Below, piece after piece: positions 25,149 through 32,000 of a DNA stretch of 32,000 nucleotides. The DNA is from Opitutales bacterium. Its GTDB lineage: Bacteria; Verrucomicrobiota; Verrucomicrobiia; Opitutales; PNEW01. Under the pieces are notes generated by a model. It was not told the origin of the DNA. It did no database searches and was given only the letters and a program-made list of their open reading frames with translations. Numbering within the stretch: position 1 is the first letter of the stretch; each line of letters starts with the position of its first letter. The stretch covers positions 1,740,001 through 1,772,000 of the forward strand of contig CBDCNV010000001.1 in assembly GCA_965219535.1 (NCBI GenBank), read 5' to 3'. The translations under genes and the position numbers were made by a program.

Positions 25149-25232
25149 ATTATGCACTTTTATGCATGCAGGATATATTGTGGTATAATATAGCGATAAT
25201 AGGCGAATTATAGTAACCTTGGAGGAATATTT

Positions 25233-26215
25233 ATGAAAGCTATTGTTTATCACATATATGGTTCACCCGATGTTCTTCAATTCAAAGAGGTAGAAAAACC
25301 TACTCCCAAGGACAATGAAGTCTTGATAAAAGTTCATGCCACAACAGTAAATCGAACTGACACTGCAACAATTAGAGCGAAACCATTTATTATTGGTAGA
25401 TTGATGACAGGTTTATTCAAACCAAATAATCCAATTCCTGGAACCGAATGTGCTGGAAAAATTGAAGCTGTTGGAAAAAACGTATCGTCTTATAAAGTAG
25501 GCGATAAGGTTTTTGGATTTGATGATAGCGGTTCACGGGCTCATGCAGAGTACATGACAATATTAGAAGACAAAGCAGTAACAATACCTAAAAACGTAAC
25601 ATATGAGCAGGCCGCAGCGAGTTCTGAAGGTGCACATTATGCGTATATTTTATCAAAAAAGTAAATATAAAAAGTGGGCAAAAAGTTCTCGTTAATGGTG
25701 CAACAGGAGCGATTGGTTCGGCAGCAGTTCAACTTCTAAAACATTTTGATGTTAAGGTTACGGCAACATGCAATACGAAGAATATAGAATTAGTGAAATC
25801 ATTAGGAGCTGATAAAGTAATTGATTATACAACAGAAGGTTTTACAAAAGATGAAGAAAAATATAACTTTGTTTTTGATGCTGTTGGAAAAAGTTCATTT
25901 TTTAAATGCACACAATTACTACAACCAGGAGGAGTTTATTTTTCAACAGACTTAGGTTATATGGGTCAGAATATTTTCTTACCATTCATAACAGCGATTA
26001 TAAAACCCCTGATTGGCTGCAAAAAAACCGCATCTCCAAATTTTACAGATGTTAGGGAAAGTCTACTTTTAATCCAGAAGCTTATTGAAGTTGGAAAATT
26101 TAAAACAGTAATAGATAGAAAATATCCGTTAGATCAAATTGTCGAGGCGTATAAGTATGTTGAGACGGGGCAGAAGGTGGGGAATGTAGTAATAACATTG
26201 GAACATAATAACTAA
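25233..26215 (+). pseudogene. NADPH:quinone oxidoreductase / zinc-type MDR alcohol dehydrogenase family gene, frameshifted
   Basis: Frame 0 reads MKAIVYHIYGSPDVLQFKEVEKPTPKDNEVLIKVHATTVNRTD...PGTECAGKIEAVGKNV...GAHYAY. Homology then continues in the -1 frame as FIKKVNIKSGQKVLVNGATGAIGSAAVQLLKHFDVKVTATC...GADKVIDYT...VGNVVITLE. The shift lies in tatatttt (~25644-25651), consistent with a 1-nt deletion. Confidence 0.75.
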
Positions 26216-26226
26216 ACCTAACAAAG

Positions 26227-26251
26227 CGTTTCAGTTGACCCCTTTTATGCA
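26227..26251. repeat. solo right-end remnant of the MITE-like element, abutting the tRNA CCA end
   Basis: ttgaccccttttatgcat at 26235-26252 is an exact 18-mer match to 22648-22665, the right end of copy A plus its flank. Confidence 0.7.
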
Positions 26252-26338
26252 TGGTGCCCGGAGAGGGGGTCGAACCCACACTCCCTTGCGGGAACTGGAT
26301 TTTGAGTCCAGCGCGTCTGCCAATTCCGCCATCCGGGC
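26252..26338 (-). tRNA. tRNA-Leu (anticodon CAA), class II with long variable arm, CCA encoded
   Basis: The reverse complement is GCCCGGATGGCGGAATTGGCAGACGCGCTGGACTCAAAATCCAGTTCCCGCAAGGGAGTGTGGGTTCGACCCCCTCTCCGGGCACCA. It has a 7-bp acceptor stem, anticodon stem CTGGA/TCCAG with loop CUCAAAA, and T-loop TTCGACC. There is one U-U mismatch in the T stem. Confidence 0.88.
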
Positions 26339-26400
26339 GCACAATGATTATCAATCTATGGTGAAAGCGGTATCCGGCAATTACTTTTTAAGGGATTTCT

Positions 26401-27633
26401 TTATTTCCCTTTCTTTTGCTTGGTCTTTGCCGCATGCTGGGCGCGCAAGCGCAGGGATTGCAGGTGTATAAAACCGGTAGCGTCGTCGGGATTATAACTA
26501 CTGATTACACCTTCCATCGAAGCTATGTCAGGATCGTAAAGTGATTGTGGGGATTGTCGACCGACCGTGATGATGTTTCCCTTGTATAATTTTAAACGCA
26601 CCGTGCCGGTAACGGTTTTCTGACTTTCATCGATAAGGGCTTGCAGCGCCTCGCGTTCCGGTGAGTACCAAAAACCATTGTATATAAGTTCGGCGTACTT
26701 GGGGATCAAACCATCGCGTAAGTGCATCAGCTCTCGGTCCATGGTCAGACTTTCCACCTGTCGATGAGCGTGCATGAGAATGGTGCCACCGGGAGTCTCA
26801 TAAACGCCTCGGCTCTTCATTCCGACAAAACGGTTCTCTACAATATCGGTACGGCCGATGCCGTGCTTCCCTCCGAGTGCATTCAAAGTCTTAAGAACAG
26901 CTGCGGGATTTAACTTATTTCCGTTTACCGCGATGCAATCACCTTTTGCATAACCGAGTTCGACATATTCAGCTTCATCAGGAGCATCCTCTGGTGCCAC
27001 GGTTAGTTTAAACATACTCTTGTTGCAGGGTATAGTTGGATCAAACATCGGATCTTCGAGTATTCCCGCTTCGTAGGAAATATGAAGGAGGTTGCGATCC
27101 ATGGAGTAGGGTTTAGAGGCCGTGGCCTCGACATCAATTCCATGTTCCTGGCAATAGGTAATCATTTCGCTCCGACCGGGGAATGTCTCGCGAAAGGCCG
27201 GTATCCGCCAGGGAGCGATGATCTCGAGATCGGGAGCCAATGAAGCATAAGTAAGTTCAAAGCGGCATTGATCGTTACCTTTGCCGGTCGCCCCGTGAGC
27301 GAGGGTTGTCGCGTTTTCATCCCTCGCGACAGCGATCTGCGCCTTGGCAATGAGAGGGCGGGCAATGGAAGTTCCGAGAAAGTATTGGCCCTCGTAAATG
27401 GCATTTCCGCGCAGCATGGGGTAGATAAACTCACGCGCGAATTCTTCGATCAGATCGACGGTATGATGGGCAACAGCGCCCGTGGATTCCGCTTTTTCAG
27501 GGAGTCCCTTTAATTCCTCTTCCTGCCCAATGTTGGCCGCAAAAGTAACGACCTCTGCCTGGTATTGCTCTATAATCCATTTGAGGATTACGGAAGTATC
27601 CAATCCTCCTGAGTATGCGATAACGACTTTCAT
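26401..27633 (-). CDS. argG: argininosuccinate synthase
   Basis: 410 aa. Motifs: [56 protein letters not shown]. Confidence 0.95.
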   Translation of the reverse strand: MKVVIAYSGGLDTSVILKWIIEQYQAEVVTFAANIGQEEELKGLPEKAESTGAVAHHTVDLIEEFAREFIYPMLRGNAIYEGQYFLGTSIARPLIAKAQIAVARDENATTLAHGATGKGNDQCRFELTYASLAPDLEIIAPWRIPAFRETFPGRSEMITYCQEHGIDVEATASKPYSMDRNLLHISYEAGILEDPMFDPTIPCNKSMFKLTVAPEDAPDEAEYVELGYAKGDCIAVNGNKLNPAAVLKTLNALGGKHGIGRTDIVENRFVGMKSRGVYETPGGTILMHAHRQVESLTMDRELMHLRDGLIPKYAELIYNGFWYSPEREALQALIDESQKTVTGTVRLKLYKGNIITVGRQSPQSLYDPDIASMEGVISSYNPDDATGFIHLQSLRLRAQHAAKTKQKKGK

Positions 27634-27687
27634 GTTAAAATTCCTATTTATTTTTTGCCGAAATTTTCGAAGTTAGAATAATAAAAA

Positions 27688-28629
27688 TTAAGATTTATCA
27701 GTACCGGCGAGTGATGAGAGTATGGCCTTTTGCACATGAAGACGATTTTCAGCCTGATCAAAAACAATCGATTTTGGGTTGTGGTAAACTTCAGGTGAGA
27801 CTTCCATCTCGAGATGGGCAGGGAGGCAATGCATAAATAATGCATCCTCCTTTGCCGCATTGAGCAGATCCAAGGTTACTTTATAGGGAGACAATTTTTC
27901 GGCCCGCATGGCTTCCTCATCCTCTTTTCCCATACTCACCCAGACATCAGTGTAGATGACGTCGGCATTCTCAACCGCTTCCTGGATATCGGTAGTGAAG
28001 GTGTAAGCTTGGGCAATACCCGCATTATCGAGGTAGTTCTTTATTTCATCACCGGGAGCAAATGCTTCCGGCCCGGCGAGAGTGACATTCATTGAAAAGA
28101 GATGACCTCCAAGGATCCAGGAATTGGCCATATTGCAGTTACAATCCCCGACAAAAACAATTTTGCGGTCTTTGAGCGATGTGACATTGCAATCTTCAGA
28201 CCAGCGTTCAGCCAAGGTGAAAGCATCACTAAAAATCTGACAGGGATGAAGGAAATCAGTCAGTGCATTCACAACACTGATCGTGCCCTCACGTGCGAAC
28301 TCTTCGATTACCTCGTGTTCGTAAGCGCGTATGACCAATCCATGACAATAGCGGGAGAGAATCTGTGCGGTGTCTGCTACGGACTCACCGCGACTGAGTT
28401 GCATCGTGTCCTTATCCAGGTGAAGCGCATGACCACCGAGTTCATTGATTCCCACTTCAAAGGAGACACGTGTGCGCGTGCTGCTTTTATAGAAAAGCAA
28501 CGCCCAGCTTTGATTATTTAATACCGAGGAGTTATTCTCACCGCGGTTATTTTTATATTTTTGAGCGAGTGAAAATATATCAGCTGCCTCGCGAATAGAA
28601 AAATCTGTCTCTTTTAAAAAATGCTTCAT
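27688..28629 (-). CDS. argF: ornithine carbamoyltransferase
   Basis: 313 aa. Motifs: SSTRTRVSFE, HPCQ, DVWVSMG, HCLPA. Confidence 0.9.
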   Translation of the reverse strand: MKHFLKETDFSIREAADIFSLAQKYKNNRGENNSSVLNNQSWALLFYKSSTRTRVSFEVGINELGGHALHLDKDTMQLSRGESVADTAQILSRYCHGLVIRAYEHEVIEEFAREGTISVVNALTDFLHPCQIFSDAFTLAERWSEDCNVTSLKDRKIVFVGDCNCNMANSWILGGHLFSMNVTLAGPEAFAPGDEIKNYLDNAGIAQAYTFTTDIQEAVENADVIYTDVWVSMGKEDEEAMRAEKLSPYKVTLDLLNAAKEDALFMHCLPAHLEMEVSPEVYHNPKSIVFDQAENRLHVQKAILSSLAGTDKS

Positions 28630-28667
28630 GACTCAATACAGATGTGTTAATAACGGAATCCCTCCCG

Positions 28668-29876
28668 TTATTTTAAATCTTCTAATGTCTGTTCAAGAAT
28701 ATCCAATGCCGATTTTATTTCATCATCCGACACATTAAAAGGTGGATATATTCGTACTGTATTCGCTCCAGCGGGTACCGTGATCAATCCTTTTTCAAAA
28801 AGGCTATTGATGAAGTCGGTAGGATCTTCTTTCATCCCAATTCCCAGGAGATATCCTTGGCCCCGTACTTCAGCAATATGCTGCGGATATTTATCGGCAA
28901 GTTTACACAATGAAGCTTTGAGTTTAGTACCGCTTTCAGCGACTCGGTCTAGGAGGTTTTCTTTTTCCATGACTTCGAGAACGGAGAGAGCCGCCGTACA
29001 GGCCAGTGGATTTCCACCGTAAGTTGAACCATGAGTACCCGGGGTAAAAAGCCCGGCATATTTGTCTGATATCCAGATTGCGCCGATAGGAAATCCTCCA
29101 CCCAAACCTTTAGCCATGGCAATGGTATCGGGAACAATACCCGCGTGCTCATAGCCGAAAAAGCGGCCGGTTCGCCCGACACCAGTTTGCACTTCGTCGA
29201 GCATTAGGAGTAAATTATGTTCATCACACAGTTTACGTATACCTTGTAGGAATTCAGCGTCACAGGGTAGGACACCACTTTCACCCTGGGTGGGTTCGAG
29301 ATAAATCGCAACTGTATGCTCGTCAATTTTTGAGGAAAAACTCTCGAGGTTATTAATTTGACCAAAGGAAAAACCATCGAGTAGGGGGCGAAACCCTTTC
29401 TGTATTTTTTCAACCGGTGTTGCGGACATGCCCCCGAAGGTACGACCGTGAAATGCATTTTCGGCACCGATTATTTTATAGCTTTTCCCCTCCTCACCCG
29501 CTTTATCTGTCCCAAAGAGTCGAGCAAGTTTTATAAGGGCTTCATTTGCTTCAGCACCGCTGTTACAGAAGAAGAATTTACCCGGACCTGTATATTTTGC
29601 TAATTTTTCCGCAAGCTGTGCGGGGTGGGGGAATCGGTAGAGGTTCGTGCAGTGAATCAATTCCGTCGCCTGTTCCTGGATACGTTTTACCCAATAGGGA
29701 TGGCAATGACCGAGGCCGTTTACGGCAATACCGGTGCCAAAATCAAGGTATTCTTTTCCGGTGTCATCCCAGACCTTGGTGCCTTGTCCTTTTACTAAGG
29801 TAAATGGCGCCACAGGGTAATTTCCCAGGATATATTTATCATAAAGGGTGGTAAGATTAGAGGTTTGCGCATTCAT
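28668..29876 (-). CDS. argD: acetylornithine aminotransferase (class III PLP aminotransferase)
   Basis: 402 aa. Motifs: NSGAEANEALIKLAR, FHGRT, LMLDEVQTGVGRTG, DTIAMAKGLGGGFPIGA, STYGGNPLA. Confidence 0.88.
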   Translation of the reverse strand: MNAQTSNLTTLYDKYILGNYPVAPFTLVKGQGTKVWDDTGKEYLDFGTGIAVNGLGHCHPYWVKRIQEQATELIHCTNLYRFPHPAQLAEKLAKYTGPGKFFFCNSGAEANEALIKLARLFGTDKAGEEGKSYKIIGAENAFHGRTFGGMSATPVEKIQKGFRPLLDGFSFGQINNLESFSSKIDEHTVAIYLEPTQGESGVLPCDAEFLQGIRKLCDEHNLLLMLDEVQTGVGRTGRFFGYEHAGIVPDTIAMAKGLGGGFPIGAIWISDKYAGLFTPGTHGSTYGGNPLACTAALSVLEVMEKENLLDRVAESGTKLKASLCKLADKYPQHIAEVRGQGYLLGIGMKEDPTDFINSLFEKGLITVPAGANTVRIYPPFNVSDDEIKSALDILEQTLEDLK

Positions 29877-29895
29877 GATTTTCTAGGGTTGATTA

Positions 29896-30780
29896 TTAAT
29901 TTTGAACGATTTCTGTGCCTATCCCCCGGTCGGTAAATATTTCAAGAAGAAGGCTGTGAGGCACGTGGCCATCGACAAAGTGAACACGTCGAACACTGTT
30001 CTCAATGGCTATTACCGCACTGTTTACTTTCGGTAACATTCCCGATCCAATGACGCCCTTAGCTTTGTAAGCTTCGACTTGATCGACTTTTAAGGTGGAA
30101 ATAAGAGACTCGGGGTCATCGGGATCATTTAAAAGGCCTGGCACATCGCAAAGATAAACAAGGCGCCGCGCGTGCAGGGCGGATGCTACATGGGAAGCTG
30201 CGGTATCCGCATTCGTATTGTAAACGCGACCCTCTTTATCCAAAGCGATAGGGGAGATAATAGGGATATAGCCCTCTTCGAGCGCTTTTTGGATGATCCT
30301 TGTTTTGACATTTTTAATTTCTCCAACCTGACCCAGGTCGACAGGTTTATTCGAATCATCTCGCGTCAATTTTTCACATAGAAATATTTTATTTCCGATC
30401 ATCGGGAGCGGGCGACCAGCACTATGCTGAATAATTTCAGCAATATCGAGATTGATCTCTTCATTGAGCGTCTTTTCGACAATCTTAATCGATTTATCAT
30501 CAGTAACCCGTAACCCCTTATTAAAAACCGGCACTAACCCGGCCTCTTCCATCGAACGGCTGATAGCTTTACCACCCCCATGAACGACTACGACATGGAT
30601 ACCAACGGCGGCGAGAAAAACAATATCGGTAGCGACACGGCGACGCACATGAGGATCGGGGTCATCCATAAAACGGCCCCCATACTTGATGACAAAAGTA
30701 GAGCCTTTAAAACGTTGTATGTAGGGCAACGCTTCGAGTAAGACACGAGCTTTTGAAATGATGTCGACTTCGGTTATCAT
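29896..30780 (-). CDS. argB: acetylglutamate kinase
   Basis: 294 aa. Motifs: FVIKYGG, VVVHGGG, YNTNADTAA, GSGMLPKV. Confidence 0.92.
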   Translation of the reverse strand: MITEVDIISKARVLLEALPYIQRFKGSTFVIKYGGRFMDDPDPHVRRRVATDIVFLAAVGIHVVVVHGGGKAISRSMEEAGLVPVFNKGLRVTDDKSIKIVEKTLNEEINLDIAEIIQHSAGRPLPMIGNKIFLCEKLTRDDSNKPVDLGQVGEIKNVKTRIIQKALEEGYIPIISPIALDKEGRVYNTNADTAASHVASALHARRLVYLCDVPGLLNDPDDPESLISTLKVDQVEAYKAKGVIGSGMLPKVNSAVIAIENSVRRVHFVDGHVPHSLLLEIFTDRGIGTEIVQN

Positions 30781-30785
30781 AAGTT

Positions 30786-32000
30786 TTATTCGCTCTTGTT
30801 AAAATCCACATACGCTTCAGAGAGGTCGGTGCTCAATAAGCGGTAAGAGGCTTTGCCGAGATTTAAATTCAAAATTATAGAAAACCGTTTTTTACTTACG
30901 ATATCTATCCACCGTGATTTATTTTTTAAAAGACATCGTCCTTTCGTAATTACTGGTACCGAATGTTGTTTCGTTGTGCCAGTGGGAGTTGCATAGGCGA
31001 GATCAAGTTTTTCCTCTTGAACAGAAGCACCCGAGTAACCGGCAGCATCGAGAATACGGCCCCAGTTAGGATCACTTCCATACCATGAGGTTTTCACAAG
31101 GAGAGAGTTTCCAATCGAACGGGCGATTTTATTCGCATCGGTTTTATTCTTAGCTCCCTCCACGCATAGCTCCACTACTTTGGTGATACGTTCACCATCG
31201 GACACTATTTTATCGGCAAGGACAGCGCAGACATGACGCAATCCGAGAACGAAATTTTGAAACAAACTTGATTGCGTGGGTGACACTTTGATCCCGGATT
31301 TAGCATTTGCGAGAAGGATCACCGTATCATTAGTGCTCATGTCACCATCCACTGTTATCGCGTTAAAAGACAGTTCGACTGCTTCAGCTAATATTTTCTG
31401 AAGCAGGGTTTTACTGATATCAGCATCGGTCGCAATAAACGCGAGCATAGTCGCCATATTCGGTTGAATCATACCTGCTCCTTTTGCTATCCCGCTGATT
31501 GTAATATAATCGAGATCGCTCGCTTTGTCCCCCGCGTGTAAATGGGGTATTTTTACGGTAATGATTTTCTCCTTCGTATCGGAAGTGAGAATGGCTTTCG
31601 CGGTTTTAAGTCCATGCTCTTTCGTCGATCCTAAATTCGCGGCAGCATCTTTAATCCCCACACGAATTTTCTGCATGGGTAATACTTCACCGATGCGGCC
31701 CGTTGAACAGACAAAGAAAGTTTCCGGGGGTGTATTACAAGCGCTAGCGGCGCTGAACTGCATCGACCAGGCATCTTTCATTCCACGTTCACCGGTGCAG
31801 GCATTGGCATTTCCACTATTCACGACAACTCCATGAAATTGATTTTCGACGCGCAGCAATTCCTGGCAGAGATTAACGGGCGCGGCACTTACAGCGTTTT
31901 TAGTGAAGACTCCTGCCGCAGAGCAGGGAGTGGGGGAAAAAATTAATGCCAGGTCCAGTCGGTCATCTTTTTTGTCACGTAGATCACAGGACGTACCGAC
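30786..32000 (-). CDS. argJ: bifunctional glutamate N-acetyltransferase / amino-acid acetyltransferase (partial; N-terminus beyond the window end)
   Basis: The ORF stays open past the track's Met at 31859. Reverse complement of 31860-32000 reads VGTSCDLRDKKDDRLDLALIFSPTPCSAAGVFTKNAVSAAPVNLCQELL, the ArgJ N-terminal signature. Downstream motifs include NSGNANACTG, the autoprocessing-site region MLAFIATDA and DGDMSTNDT. Confidence 0.9.
   Translation of the reverse strand, partial: VGTSCDLRDKKDDRLDLALIFSPTPCSAAGVFTKNAVSAAPVNLCQELLRVENQFHGVVVNSGNANACTGERGMKDAWSMQFSAASACNTPPETFFVCSTGRIGEVLPMQKIRVGIKDAAANLGSTKEHGLKTAKAILTSDTKEKIITVKIPHLHAGDKASDLDYITISGIAKGAGMIQPNMATMLAFIATDADISKTLLQKILAEAVELSFNAITVDGDMSTNDTVILLANAKSGIKVSPTQSSLFQNFVLGLRHVCAVLADKIVSDGERITKVVELCVEGAKNKTDANKIARSIGNSLLVKTSWYGSDPNWGRILDAAGYSGASVQEEKLDLAYATPTGTTKQHSVPVITKGRCLLKNKSRWIDIVSKKRFSIILNLNLGKASYRLLSTDLSEAYVDFNKSE

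Noticed and set aside
20891-26338. Classical tRNA-integrated genomic island with integrase and att repeats.
   Set aside because: The window has no tyrosine-recombinase or integrase ORF and no direct repeat of the tRNA-Leu 3' segment. Only the boundary observation is kept as a finding.
26100-26471. ORFs 26100-26354 (minus) and 26235-26471 (plus).
   Set aside because: Both run straight through the tRNA-Leu gene and the argG stop region, so they are spurious.
27162-31836. Antisense and nested ORFs within the arg genes (e.g. 27162-27434, 27268-27513, 28102-28521, 28780-29182, 29546-29803, 30172-30381, 31525-31836).
   Set aside because: Each lies inside a strongly supported arg gene on the opposite strand or in another frame, and none has a recognisable motif.
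1-32000. CRISPR arrays, rRNA genes, prophage structural genes, toxin-antitoxin pairs, TnpB/IscB-type nucleases.
   Set aside because: A scan of both strands found no regularly spaced short repeats, no rRNA-like sequence, and no ORFs with the corresponding signatures.

Overview
The window splits at a tRNA-Leu(CAA) gene (26252-26338, minus strand). To its right is an ordinary, tightly packed minus-strand arginine-biosynthesis operon (argJ-argB-argD-argF-argG, about 26.4-32.0 kb). To its left is about 26 kb of compositionally mosaic accessory DNA.

The main feature of the accessory part is ten phytanoyl-CoA-dioxygenase-like (PhyH, Fe(II)/2-oxoglutarate) genes within the first 18 kb. Three of them are tandem PhyH+HEAT-repeat fusions; the first is cut by the window edge and is missing from the ORF track. 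Two others have the canonical HxD iron motif replaced, by HxG in one and HxH in the other. Mixed in with these are a secreted propeller-type glycoside-hydrolase-like protein carrying an inserted Ig-like domain, an aldo/keto reductase plus ThuA-like pair, an SGNH hydrolase and a GNAT.

An IS3-family element with inverted repeats and a TTA target duplication sits 3 nt from the ThuA-like start codon. Both of its ORFs carry in-frame TGA-containing micro-insertions.

Further right are four blocks:
- a GC-rich resistance-like islet (SAM methyltransferase, chloramphenicol-phosphotransferase-like kinase, GNAT);
- an AT-rich block (HEPN-like ORF, doubly anchored membrane protein, MerC fused to a GDCCVxC-type Cys-rich domain);
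- an M24 peptidase plus RraA-like pair bracketed by two direct copies of a ~145-bp element with 26-bp terminal inverted repeats;
- a frameshifted quinone-oxidoreductase gene.

A family of long palindromes with AAAGGGGTC(A) termini punctuates this same-strand gene array, and a solo end of it abuts the tRNA CCA end.

All family assignments come from motif recognition by eye. No database search or computation was run. The host looks like a PVC-type or similar marine heterotroph, but that is only a guess.
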